A stretch of DNA of 63,667 nucleotides, taken from positions 1 through 63,667 of the forward strand of contig JAJZPO010000005.1 of NCBI GenBank assembly GCA_021811155.1, in the 5' to 3' direction. The notes under the pieces were generated by a model. It did not search any database. It was not told where the DNA came from and saw only the letters and a list, made by a program, of their open reading frames with translations. Every line of letters starts with the position of its first letter. Position 1 is the first letter of the stretch. This document shows positions 28,097 to 37,204 of this stretch, in pieces. The DNA comes from Bacillota bacterium. GTDB lineage: Bacteria; Bacillota; Desulfitobacteriia; Desulfitobacteriales; JAJXUE01. The position numbers and the translations under genes are program-made.

Positions 28097-28128
28097 TCTC
28101 ATTCTGACTTCTGGCTCCTGACTCCTGA

Positions 28129-28878
28129 CTACTTGTTCTCCGTCAAGTATTTGCTCAGGCCGCGGTAAATGCCCCACGCCAGTTTGGCCTGGTAATTAGG
28201 GTCCTGCAGTTTGGTTTCCTCTGACGGATTCGAGATAAAGCCCACCTCTACCGTGATTGCCGGAACATTGTTTTTCTTCAGCACAAAGAAGTCCTGATTC
28301 GCCTTTGCTACCCGCTTGTTTTCCGGGACCTCCGCCACCAGCTCCGCCTGTACAGCCTGGGCCAGCTTCCTGCCGGAATCAGATTTGCTGTGGTAAAAAG
28401 TTTGGGCGCCACTGAGGTTCTTGCCGGGAAAACTGTTGGTGTGGATACTGAGGTATACATCTGCCTTAGATTCTTCGGCTATAGCCAGGCGCTTGGCCAG
28501 GTCTTCGCGCTTCTTTTGCAGCAGGCCGGTAGTCCCCGGCGAGCTTAGGTCCACATCTTCCTCCCGGATCATCACGGCCGTGCCGCCACCCTGGGAAATA
28601 TATTCTTTTAATTTTTTCGCCACTGCCAGGTTGATGTCTTTTTCCAGTACTTTGCTTGGTCCTACCGCACCAGGGTCTACCCCGCCATGGCCTGCATCAA
28701 TTACGATTACTTTGCCCGCCACTGACCAACTCATTATTTTTTGGGACCTTACGGACCCTGCGGCATATACCAGGACCACCAAGGCCAGGCAGAGTACAAC
28801 GCCCTTAAGTGCGAGCCGCCCCGGCCGCAAAACCCCCGCATAGGTAATCCGCAAACTATCCCTCCTCCCATGCATCAC
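28129..28878 (-). CDS. cwlD: N-acetylmuramoyl-L-alanine amidase, CwlD-like (germination-specific)
   Basis: Amidase_3 motifs (VIDAGHGGVDPGA, LSIHTNS), an N-terminal membrane anchor, and the conserved position downstream of rpsI as in Bacillus. Confidence 0.8.
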   Translation of the reverse strand: MMHGRRDSLRITYAGVLRPGRLALKGVVLCLALVVLVYAAGSVRSQKIMSWSVAGKVIVIDAGHGGVDPGAVGPSKVLEKDINLAVAKKLKEYISQGGGTAVMIREEDVDLSSPGTTGLLQKKREDLAKRLAIAEESKADVYLSIHTNSFPGKNLSGAQTFYHSKSDSGRKLAQAVQAELVAEVPENKRVAKANQDFFVLKKNNVPAITVEVGFISNPSEETKLQDPNYQAKLAWGIYRGLSKYLTENK

Positions 28879-28912
28879 TACTTAAAGAATATGACGCCGG
28901 TCGGATTGTAGA

Positions 28913-28956
28913 ATAAAAAAGGACGCCGCTTCACAATCAAGTAAAGCGGCGTCCTT
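28913..28956 (-). terminator. intrinsic terminator after rpsI
   Basis: 13-bp stem AAGGACGCCGCTT/AAGCGGCGTCCTT, followed on the minus strand by TTTTTTATT. Confidence 0.8.
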
Positions 28957-28968
28957 AAATCTGGCATT

Positions 28969-29361
28969 CTAACGTTTTGAGAACTGGGAAGCCTTACGGG
29001 CCTTCTTCAGACCGTATTTTCTGCGCTCCTTCATTCTCGGGTCGCGGGTAAGGAATCCAGCCCGCTTTAAAGCCGGGCGCAGCGTCGCGTCTGCTTTCAG
29101 TAAAGCCCGGGCTATGCCAAGGCGCACTGCACCGGCCTGACCGGTTGTGCCGCCTCCATGTACCAGAGCGACAATATCGAATTTGCCCACAGTCTCAGTA
29201 GTTTCCAGGGGTTGTTTGACAATCATCTCCAGAGTACGTTTACCAAAGTACTCCAGCAGCCCCTTATTATTAACCAGCATTCGGCCCTCGCCCTGTACCA
29301 GCCGTACACGGGCCACCGCATTTTTGCGGCGTCCGGTGCCATTAAATTGAACTTGTGCCAT
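28969..29361 (-). CDS. rpsI: 30S ribosomal protein S9
   Basis: 130 aa ending in the ...[12 protein letters not shown] tail typical of S9. Confidence 0.97.
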   Translation of the reverse strand: MAQVQFNGTGRRKNAVARVRLVQGEGRMLVNNKGLLEYFGKRTLEMIVKQPLETTETVGKFDIVALVHGGGTTGQAGAVRLGIARALLKADATLRPALKRAGFLTRDPRMKERRKYGLKKARKASQFSKR

Positions 29362-29381
29362 TTACAATTCCTCCCTCCTGC

Positions 29382-29810
29382 CTAACCTTGCCAAACTTCA
29401 GGTTTTTGAGCTTGATGGGGATGCTCAGAACCCCGGTAAACTTTGAGCTTGCCAAACATCTGGCTGCCCAGCTTGTTATGGGGGATCATTCCTTTTACAG
29501 CCAGTTCAATGGCCTTTTCGGGGTTTTTCTGAAGCAAGGTTTTGTAGCCAACGGCTTTAAGACCGCCAGGATATCCGGAATGATGGTAGTAAACCTTTTG
29601 TTCAATCTTTTTGCCTGTAAGCCGGACTTTTTCCGCATTGATGATAATAACATGGTCTCCTGTATCCACGTTGGGGGTGAAAGTGGGCTTATGCTTTCCC
29701 CTCAGCAGGCGGGCTGCTTCCGTTGCCAGGCGTCCGAGCGGCCTATTGGCAGCGTCCAGGACATACCATTTTCTTTCTATATTTTGAGGCGTCGCCATAA
29801 ATGTCGACAT
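29382..29810 (-). CDS. rplM: 50S ribosomal protein L13
   Basis: [23 protein letters not shown] 29810 is preceded by GGAGGG. The longest ORF starts at 29855. Confidence 0.95.
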   Translation of the reverse strand: MSTFMATPQNIERKWYVLDAANRPLGRLATEAARLLRGKHKPTFTPNVDTGDHVIIINAEKVRLTGKKIEQKVYYHHSGYPGGLKAVGYKTLLQKNPEKAIELAVKGMIPHNKLGSQMFGKLKVYRGSEHPHQAQKPEVWQG

Positions 29811-29859
29811 TAAATTCCCTCCTAGAAATGCTGAATCCTGCAAAACCTCTGACAAGATT

Positions 29860-29922
29860 CCGGTGGGGCTCAGGCACCGGTTTTCTTAGTTTACAAATAA
29901 CCGGCGTGGGGCTCAGGCACGC
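29860..29922 (-). promoter_or_regulatory. rplM 5' leader with two hairpins carrying an identical 9-nt loop
   Basis: The minus strand reads GCGTG-CCTGAGCCC-CACGC and CCGGTG-CCTGAGCCC-CACCGG. The stems differ while the loops are identical. The hairpins lie 50-110 nt upstream of the rplM ATG. Confidence 0.45.
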
Positions 29923-30010
29923 AGGCTAAAAAGTCACAAATATATTTTAATTAAATTGCGCCCTGATGTCAAGCTAATATCTGGCCGCAGGTGGAATATC
30001 ATAGCAAATA

Positions 30011-30044
30011 AAAAATCCTTCAGGTCTTTTGACTGGAGGATTTT
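30011..30044. terminator. bidirectional terminator-like hairpin at the left island border
   Basis: AAAATCCTTCAG-gtcttttga-CTGGAGGATTTT, with A-runs and T-runs on both sides. Confidence 0.4.
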
Positions 30045-30137
30045 GGCATAAAATCGCGAATTTTTGAATTGTTGAGACTTTCTTGCTGCGTATAGAAATA
30101 TTTTTTTGACTTAAGTAACACAGAAGGTGGTGCTTAT

Positions 30138-32609
30138 ATGTCCATTGCAAAACGCTGTAATACCAAAAGCTTATATTTTTCAGAGCGAATAATTGAAGCT
30201 ATGCACAGGATCTTTGATCATCCCCTGACCATCGTCGAAGCGCCCATGGGCTATGGAAAAACTACTGCTGTCAGGGAGTATTTAAATAATACCGGCGCCC
30301 TTGTATTGTGGCAAAGAGTTAATGACAGTTCAATAAACAGCTATTGGCATGGCTTTGGCCGCCTGTTTGGTAAATTGGATGACTACCGCTCACAGAGCCT
30401 TGTCCAGCTTGGGTTTCCTAATGACAGCGTATCAAGGCAGGAAGCCTTAAATATTATTGAGGCTATTGAGCTGCCTGCTCAAACTGTGCTGGTGATCGAT
30501 GATTACCACCTGATCGACAGTTCCGATGTCAACAGCTTGATTGAGTTTCTGGTGAGAAACGAAATAGATAATCTTCACATAGTCCTTACTGTACGCTTTA
30601 CAGAGCTGCAAAACCTTGATGAACTTAGGCTTAAGGGGTATTTACATCATATAACCAAGGAAACCTTTGAGTTAAGGCCCAAGGAAATTATAAAGTATTA
30701 CAGGCTGTGCGGAATCAGCCTTAAGGATACTGAAGCCGACGAGCTGTATTCCTTTACCGAAGGCTGGATAAGTGCCCTGTATCTCCTTATGCTTAACTAT
30801 CTTGAGGAGGGCAACTTTACGACGATAGTCAGCATCTATAAGCTGGTTGAAAAGGCTGTCTACAAACCTTTTTCGGAGGAAATCAAAGATCTCCTGTTAA
30901 CTCTCTGTATTTTCGGCAGTTTTACCCTTGAACAGGCCTCCCACATGTGGCAGAAAGAAAATACGGACAAGCTTTTAACTGAGATTACTAATAAAAACGC
31001 CTTTATAAAATATGATGTGCGAACTAAAACCTATCAAATCCACAATATCTTTACCAACTTCCTGAAAGATGTGCTTGAAAGCAAACACGTTAAAAACGAA
31101 CTCTACCGGAGAGCGGCAGATTGGTTCTTGAAAACAGGCGACTATACGGAAGCTATGCATTATTTTTATGCGTGCAAGGATTTTGATAATTTACTTCTTG
31201 CGCTGGAAGAAGAAAAATCGAAAAGAATAAATGTTGAATATAATAAAGAATTGCTCATCAAGTATTATGAAGAATGCCTGGCTGAGGTTAAGGCTAAGCA
31301 TCCTTTTGCTTTGCTGATCTTCGCCATACGTTTGTTTTCCTTGCATGAAATGGTATTGTTTGGCAAGGCCTGCGGGGAATTTATCCGCAACCTGCAATTG
31401 GATGAGAGTTTAAATACGGACTTAAGAAAACGGCTCTTAGGAGAATATGAGCTCTTAATGAGTTTCACAAAATATAATGACATTGCCAAAATGTCAGAAC
31501 AGCACCAAAAATCCGGCAATCTGCTGAGTGAGCCTTCTACATTAATCTATTCGAATGGCAGTTGGACCTTTGGTTCTCCTTCGGTCTTATATATGTTTTA
31601 TCGAGAAACCGGTAAGCTTGAAAGGCAGGTTCAGGATCTAATAGGAGCGCTTCCCTATTACTACAAGCTTACAGACGGAAATGGCAGCGGTGCGGAATAT
31701 GTAATGGAGGCTGAAAGGTATTTTAATCTGGGCGATAGGGAAAATGCTGAGATAACAGTCAACAAAGCTTTATACAAAGCGCAATCCAATACACAGGTAG
31801 GAATCATAATCTGTGCCATCTTCCTGCAAATTCGCCTTAATTTGATAAAAGGTGATTTTTCCAGCATTGGGGATCTTTTTCAGAAAATGCGTGAGGATAT
31901 CACCAGCAGCAGAGAATACCTCTTTATTCACACCATGGATATCTGTGAGGGTTATATCTATTCACTCCTCAAGCAAACGGATAAGATACCGGAGTGGATT
32001 ACAAGAGGGGATTTTAACAGCAAACGTTTGCAGTTCCCTGTACTGGCTATGTTAAATATCGTGTACGGACGAGCGCTTTTAATCAAAGGAGACTACTTAA
32101 AGCTCATCGGCAGCTCGGAACATTTTATCGGTATCGCCTCTGTTTTTCCCAACCTGCTCGGACATATTTATACGTACATCTGCCTTGCGGCAGCCAACAA
32201 ACAAATCTTCAGGGAGAACGAGGCGCTTATCGCCCTGCGGCAGGCGCTCAATCTGGCCGTGCCGGACAAAGTATATATGCCTTTTGTGGAAAACTGCGAT
32301 TACATAAAACCTCTCCTCGAGCAGCTTTACAGAGAGGGTATGTACCGGGAGGATATTACCAGGATATTGGAGCTTTCTACTGCCTATCAGAGGGCGGTAG
32401 AGCAAATCATTAAGGAATATTTTAGTGAAGGAAAACCCCAACTGACCGAAAGGGAAATGGAGATAGCGCAGTTAGCGGCGGACGGGCTTACCAATAAGGA
32501 GATCGGCGGGCGCTTGTTTATTTCTCCCAACACGGTGAAAACCCAGCTAAAAAGCATTTTTGAGAAGCTTGGTGTAAACTCACGGACACTTTTACACGGG
32601 CACTTTTAA
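30138..32609 (+). CDS. MalT-like STAND ATPase / LuxR-family transcriptional regulator
   Basis: 823 aa with Walker [10 protein letters not shown], Walker B VLVIDDYH, the TEGW signature, a long helical-repeat (TPR-like) middle section and a C-terminal LuxR HTH ([45 protein letters not shown]). Confidence 0.88.
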   Translation: MSIAKRCNTKSLYFSERIIEAMHRIFDHPLTIVEAPMGYGKTTAVREYLNNTGALVLWQRVNDSSINSYWHGFGRLFGKLDDYRSQSLVQLGFPNDSVSRQEALNIIEAIELPAQTVLVIDDYHLIDSSDVNSLIEFLVRNEIDNLHIVLTVRFTELQNLDELRLKGYLHHITKETFELRPKEIIKYYRLCGISLKDTEADELYSFTEGWISALYLLMLNYLEEGNFTTIVSIYKLVEKAVYKPFSEEIKDLLLTLCIFGSFTLEQASHMWQKENTDKLLTEITNKNAFIKYDVRTKTYQIHNIFTNFLKDVLESKHVKNELYRRAADWFLKTGDYTEAMHYFYACKDFDNLLLALEEEKSKRINVEYNKELLIKYYEECLAEVKAKHPFALLIFAIRLFSLHEMVLFGKACGEFIRNLQLDESLNTDLRKRLLGEYELLMSFTKYNDIAKMSEQHQKSGNLLSEPSTLIYSNGSWTFGSPSVLYMFYRETGKLERQVQDLIGALPYYYKLTDGNGSGAEYVMEAERYFNLGDRENAEITVNKALYKAQSNTQVGIIICAIFLQIRLNLIKGDFSSIGDLFQKMREDITSSREYLFIHTMDICEGYIYSLLKQTDKIPEWITRGDFNSKRLQFPVLAMLNIVYGRALLIKGDYLKLIGSSEHFIGIASVFPNLLGHIYTYICLAAANKQIFRENEALIALRQALNLAVPDKVYMPFVENCDYIKPLLEQLYREGMYREDITRILELSTAYQRAVEQIIKEYFSEGKPQLTEREMEIAQLAADGLTNKEIGGRLFISPNTVKTQLKSIFEKLGVNSRTLLHGHF

Positions 32610-32665
32610 AGGAAGTCGATTTCCATTAATTCCGCTAGAGCCTAAAAAGGATGAACAGCATAACA

Positions 32666-32740
32666 AAAGATCACCCGATGGGTGATATAAACAAGAAAAA
32701 ATCCACTGTACAATTTTTGTGTGGTGGATTTTTGCTTTTT
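32666..32740 (+). repeat. two-hairpin module, copy 1 (small palindrome + long-stem terminator)
   Basis: ATCACCCGATGGGTGAT, then AATCCACTGTACAA-ttt-TTGTGTGGTGGATT followed by a T-run. About 85 percent identical by eye to 37205-37276. Confidence 0.8.
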
Positions 32741-32755
32741 GGAGGGGGTGATGAA

Positions 32756-32986
32756 GTGAGCCGTATAAAAAGTGTGGTGCCCAAGGGGGATTACCGCTTG
32801 GAGGTGCTTTTGGATAACGGCAGCAGCGTAATTCTGAATCTGGAAAGCAGACTGCAGACGTTGAGGTTCGGCATGCTTTCGGACAAGGAGTTTTTTAAAA
32901 CGGCAACCACTGATGGAATCTGTATCCGGTGGGGCGATTTGATTGAAATTTCCGTCACTGAAGTATTTCAGCTGGCGCAGAAATAA
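32756..32986 (+). CDS. DUF2442-family small protein
   Basis: 76 aa from GTG 32756, with GGAGGGGG RBS. The pattern IKSVVPKGDYRLEVLLDNGSSVILNL...FGMLSDKEFF...ICIRWGDLIEIS matches my recollection of the DUF2442 profile. The longer 111-aa ORF would start inside the upstream terminator. Confidence 0.6.
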   Translation: MSRIKSVVPKGDYRLEVLLDNGSSVILNLESRLQTLRFGMLSDKEFFKTATTDGICIRWGDLIEISVTEVFQLAQK

Positions 32987-33012
32987 CAACAATAAAAAGT
33001 GAGGAAAAGTAT

Positions 33013-36000
33013 ATGAAAAATGTTAAGAAGCTATTGAGTATCGTATTAACGGTATGCATGATATTATCAGTGCTGCCCATGACGGCGCTGGCGGCCATGG
33101 CGCCGGCGGTGAAGCTATCCAGCCTCACGGCGGGCAGCACCGTCAGCTACGGCGGGCTTGACTGGACCGTCCTCAATCCCCAGACAGGATATCTCTGTAT
33201 GAAAAACGCGTGGAGCGATTCTAGTATCGCTTACGACATCGCTTACGACAAGTATGCAAGTGCCATCTATGATCCGACCTATACAAATAATATCGCGTAC
33301 GCCGCCAATACGACCTTTTACAACTCCCTGCCGGCTGCCGATGCCGCGCTGATCCAGCCCCACACATGGAATATCGGTTATTATGATCAAGCTGCAAAGC
33401 CGAACGTCAATCATGAAACCGATAAAACCGCCAGCTGCAAAATCGGCATGCTCAGCTACACCGAATGGCAAAGCTATCATCAATATATCAGCGAGCCAAG
33501 TAAGTTCTGGCTGATTACACCGTCGGAAAGCGGCTATAGTTGTGCATTTCGAAATTGGATCTCCTCGAATGCAGGCGGTGTGATTACCTTGTATGGTACA
33601 AATTCCAATTCAACCGGGCCCGCCCTGTTTTCGCTGTATTTATCTCCCGATGCTGCCGTTTCAAATGGTACCGTACTGGGTGGCACGACTCCTTATCCTG
33701 TCCCGGCGGTGACAGGCGTCAGCCCGTCAACGGGCTATACCGTCGGGGGAGCATCCGTCACCGTCACCGGCTACGGATTTCTGAATGCATCGGCCGTGAA
33801 TTTTGGAGCAAATGCGGCAACAAGCTTCACGGTTGATGACAACAACACCATCACAGCCGTCGCGCCGGCCGGAACCGGAACTGTCGATGTGACCGTCACA
33901 GGTCCGGGCGGAACGAGTTCTGCGGTTTCAGCAGATCAGTTTGTCTATACAGCGGCGCCTGCACCCACCGTCACCGGCATCAGTCCCACCATCGGCCTGA
34001 CAATCGGCGGCGGGACAGTCACAATCATCGGTTCCGATTTGACCGGAGCTACCGAGGTTGATTTCGGTGCAACGAAAGCAACAAGCTTCACGGTTGATGA
34101 CGACAACACCATCACAGCCGTCGCGCCGGCCGGTACCGGAACCGTCGATGTGACCGTCACAGGTCCGGGCGGCATGAGTGCGGCGCTGCCGGCCGATCAG
34201 TACACATATGTCGCCGGTTCGATACCGGCTGTCACATCGGTGGCGCCTGCCGTCGGCTCAAACGACGGCGGGACATCGGTGACGATCACCGGAACCGGCT
34301 TTGCTGGGACGACAGCCGTTACCTTTGGTTCAATCGCGGCGACCGGCTTTGACGTCAACAATGACGGCACGCAGATTACAGCCATCGCCCCGGCTCAGTC
34401 TGCAGCCACCGTCGATGTCACCGTGACCAACCCCTTGGGGACGAGCAGCACGAGCAGCGCCAACATGTTTACGTATCAGACGACGCTATATTCCATTACC
34501 GTCGCTAGCGGCGTCACAGGCGGCACAATCACACCCAGCGTCACCTCGGCTGCTTCGGGAACAACCGTGACGCTGGCGGTTACCCCCGATGACAACATGA
34601 TGCTGAAAAGCGGAACGCTGATGGTCAATGGAAACGGCATTCCGGGAGACAGCTTCACAATGCCCGCAGGAAATGTGACGATCACCGCGACGTTTCAGTC
34701 CGTGTACGTCTTTGACAGTTCAACCGGAACAATCGTCAGTTATATTGGGACCGGCGGCAACATCTCCATTCCCTCCCAGATCGGCGGTGTCACGGTGACC
34801 GCCATCGGAGCCGGCGCGTTCAGCCATTCGGCGGCGATCACGTCCCTGGTTATACCGGATTCCGTCACGTCGATTGGCAGCGCCGCATTTTACGGTTGCT
34901 ACAATTTAACCTCGGTGACAATCCCCGACAGTGTGACAAGTATCGGCAGCACCGCGTTTGCTTACACCGGGTTGACCTCGGTTACGCTGCCAAGCCGCCT
35001 TGCAAAGCTGGCCGTCGGCGTGTTCTATTACACAGACCTGACCAGCGTCACCATACCGGCCAGCGTCACAGCCATAGACGCGGGCGCCTTTCAGGACTGT
35101 CTTGACTTAAGGCAGGTCACCTTCCAGGGGTCATGCCCCACCTTCGGCAACTTAGTCTTTTCTAACAGCAGCACAAATCAGAATCTCGTCACGATCTATT
35201 ATCCGGGCGGGGATACGGCATATACGGCAGAGCATGTTCTGTCCGGCATCACACTGACTGCTTACTATACTGTCACATATAACGCAAACAACGCTGACTC
35301 CGGCTCCGTGCCGTCAGACAGCACGATGTACTATGACGGCAGCGCCGTCACCGTCTCGAGCAATACCGGAAACCTCGCGCGAACCGGGTATGTCTTTGAC
35401 GGGTGGAATACCGCCGCCGACGGCAGCGGAACGCGTTATGCTCCAGCCGACGCCATCACCTTCGGGACGGGAACGGGCAATGTCAAATCTGCCGTCACAC
35501 TCTGTGCCCAGTGGCTGAAAACCTCGTATACTCCACCTTCAACTCCAACACCGACTACGGTTACAGGCAGTGTGATAAACGGGACCAACGGGGCCAAGGT
35601 ATCCAATATTACCGCCACAGTCACTACCGACAGCAGCGGCAACAGCACAGTATCCATGCAGGCGGCTGATGTGATCGGGATGAAAGGGCCGGACGGAACC
35701 GGCGGCAGCATGTTCGGCGACTTGTCCAAACTGGCCTTGACAAGCACCGGGGGTTCAGCCATCACCGTTACCGCCGAAGGTACATTAAGTATCGGAAGCC
35801 TGGCCAAAGGCACGGACAATACTTATGATATTGTTTATGACCTGGGCAACGGCCAGAAGATCGTGGTCGGCACCATGGAAGTGAAGATTGACAGCAGCGG
35901 CAAAGTCAGCTTAACGGCTAGCTTAATAGACCCCTACGGAATCATCACGGACGCAACAACCGGCAAAGCCCTGGCGGGAGTCAATGTCACCCTGTACTAT

Positions 36001-37185
36001 GCTGATACCTCCCGGAACAAAGCCGCGGGCAAAACTCCGGATACCGTTGTCGTCCTGCCCGGCATCACAGGATTCAAACCTAACAATAACCAGGATCCCC
36101 AGACCAGTGACTTAAGCGGTACCTATGGCTTCATGGTTTTTCAGGACACCGATTACTACATCGTTGCCACCAAGGACGGGTATGACCAGTACACAAGCCC
36201 GACGATTTCCGTGGATAAGGAAATCGTGCACTGGGACTTCAAGATGAGCCCAACTACTTCCGGAGTGACAAGACTGGCGGGCCAAAGCCGGGTCGATACA
36301 GCACTCGCCATCGCCAAAGCGGAATACCCGGGCAAGCTTGAGAATGTCGTCCTGGCCACGGCGGACAACTATCCGGATGCCTTAGCCGGAAGTGCCCTGG
36401 CCTATAAGCTGAATGCGCCTATACTCCTCGTGGGGAGTTCAGAAGCGGATCAGGCAAAAGTTCTGGACTACTTGAAGTCCAACCTGGATCCGGCAGGAAC
36501 TGTCTATATCCTGGGCGGCACCGGAGCAGTCAGCAGCGCCATGGAAGCCAAAGTGACAGCGACTGGTTTCAACCATATCACCAGGCTCGGTGGAACAGAC
36601 CGCTATGAAACCGCCGTCAAAATAGCGGGCCAATTAGGAGTCAGGAGCGGAACCCCGGTTGTGCTGGTGACCGGTGAAAACTATCCGGACGGACTGTCCG
36701 TCAGCAGTGTTGCGGCGCAAATGCAGCTGCCGGTCTTGTTGGTCCGGAAAGATGGGATCAGTGGCGCCGTCGCGCAGGAAATTGCTGCCATCAAGCCCGC
36801 CAAAGTCTATATCATCGGAAGGGAAGGGGCCATCGGCACAGCTGTGGAAAACCAGGTTGCCCAAATCACGGGTCTGGCTCAGGCGAATATTGTCAGGATC
36901 GGGGGAGCCGACCGCTATGAAACCTCTCTGGCTGTCGCCCAATACTTCAGGTTATCCGGGCAAAGTGTCTGTGTGGCCACAGGCAACAACTTCCCCGATG
37001 CCATGGCCGGAAGTGTCTATGCTGCCAACTTCAATGCCCCGATTATCTTAGCCGATGGCAGCTTGTCGGATAAGGCCATGAATTATTTGCAGACCAGAAA
37101 AATGACCGGAGCGACAATATTCGGCGGAGAGGCAGTTGTCAGTAAAGACATTGAGCAGAAGCTTTTACAGTTGATTGGGAAATAG
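33013..37185 (+). CDS. large secreted, cell-wall-anchored mosaic surface protein
   Basis: Signal peptide MKNVKKLLSIVLTVCMILSVLPMTALA. Three IPT/TIG-like repeats (VTG[VI]SP..G...GG..VT[VI].G). An InlB-B-repeat-like module. BspA-type LRRs (IPDSVTSIGSAAFYGCYNLTSVTIPDSVTSIG). A Listeria-Bacteroides repeat (YTVTYNANNADSGSVP...GYVFDGWNTAADGSG). A CarboxypepD_reg-like beta-sandwich. Three C-terminal CWB2 repeats (R[LI][AG]G.[DS]R[YV][ED]T..). Confidence 0.85.
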   Translation: MKNVKKLLSIVLTVCMILSVLPMTALAAMAPAVKLSSLTAGSTVSYGGLDWTVLNPQTGYLCMKNAWSDSSIAYDIAYDKYASAIYDPTYTNNIAYAANTTFYNSLPAADAALIQPHTWNIGYYDQAAKPNVNHETDKTASCKIGMLSYTEWQSYHQYISEPSKFWLITPSESGYSCAFRNWISSNAGGVITLYGTNSNSTGPALFSLYLSPDAAVSNGTVLGGTTPYPVPAVTGVSPSTGYTVGGASVTVTGYGFLNASAVNFGANAATSFTVDDNNTITAVAPAGTGTVDVTVTGPGGTSSAVSADQFVYTAAPAPTVTGISPTIGLTIGGGTVTIIGSDLTGATEVDFGATKATSFTVDDDNTITAVAPAGTGTVDVTVTGPGGMSAALPADQYTYVAGSIPAVTSVAPAVGSNDGGTSVTITGTGFAGTTAVTFGSIAATGFDVNNDGTQITAIAPAQSAATVDVTVTNPLGTSSTSSANMFTYQTTLYSITVASGVTGGTITPSVTSAASGTTVTLAVTPDDNMMLKSGTLMVNGNGIPGDSFTMPAGNVTITATFQSVYVFDSSTGTIVSYIGTGGNISIPSQIGGVTVTAIGAGAFSHSAAITSLVIPDSVTSIGSAAFYGCYNLTSVTIPDSVTSIGSTAFAYTGLTSVTLPSRLAKLAVGVFYYTDLTSVTIPASVTAIDAGAFQDCLDLRQVTFQGSCPTFGNLVFSNSSTNQNLVTIYYPGGDTAYTAEHVLSGITLTAYYTVTYNANNADSGSVPSDSTMYYDGSAVTVSSNTGNLARTGYVFDGWNTAADGSGTRYAPADAITFGTGTGNVKSAVTLCAQWLKTSYTPPSTPTPTTVTGSVINGTNGAKVSNITATVTTDSSGNSTVSMQAADVIGMKGPDGTGGSMFGDLSKLALTSTGGSAITVTAEGTLSIGSLAKGTDNTYDIVYDLGNGQKIVVGTMEVKIDSSGKVSLTASLIDPYGIITDATTGKALAGVNVTLYYADTSRNKAAGKTPDTVVVLPGITGFKPNNNQDPQTSDLSGTYGFMVFQDTDYYIVATKDGYDQYTSPTISVDKEIVHWDFKMSPTTSGVTRLAGQSRVDTALAIAKAEYPGKLENVVLATADNYPDALAGSALAYKLNAPILLVGSSEADQAKVLDYLKSNLDPAGTVYILGGTGAVSSAMEAKVTATGFNHITRLGGTDRYETAVKIAGQLGVRSGTPVVLVTGENYPDGLSVSSVAAQMQLPVLLVRKDGISGAVAQEIAAIKPAKVYIIGREGAIGTAVENQVAQITGLAQANIVRIGGADRYETSLAVAQYFRLSGQSVCVATGNNFPDAMAGSVYAANFNAPIILADGSLSDKAMNYLQTRKMTGATIFGGEAVVSKDIEQKLLQLIGK

Positions 37186-37204
37186 GAAAGAGTAGAGGTT
37201 GCTT

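Noticed and set aside
28111-28130. A tandem CTCCTGA-CTCCTGA heptamer next to the cwlD stop
   Set aside because: There are only two units, overlapping the end of a coding region. It is too short to distinguish from chance.
30138-32609. The STAND ATPase as an Avs-like antiphage defence protein
   Set aside because: The architecture is the MalT type, with the NTPase at the N-terminus and a LuxR DNA-binding domain as output. No nuclease, TIR, protease or other effector domain is present. A transcriptional activator is the parsimonious reading.
32651-32755. The first 35 codons of the 111-aa ORF 32651-32986
   Set aside because: This part coincides with the two-hairpin terminator module, which is duplicated at 37205. 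A GGAGGGGG RBS precedes the internal GTG at 32756, where the DUF2442-like sequence begins.
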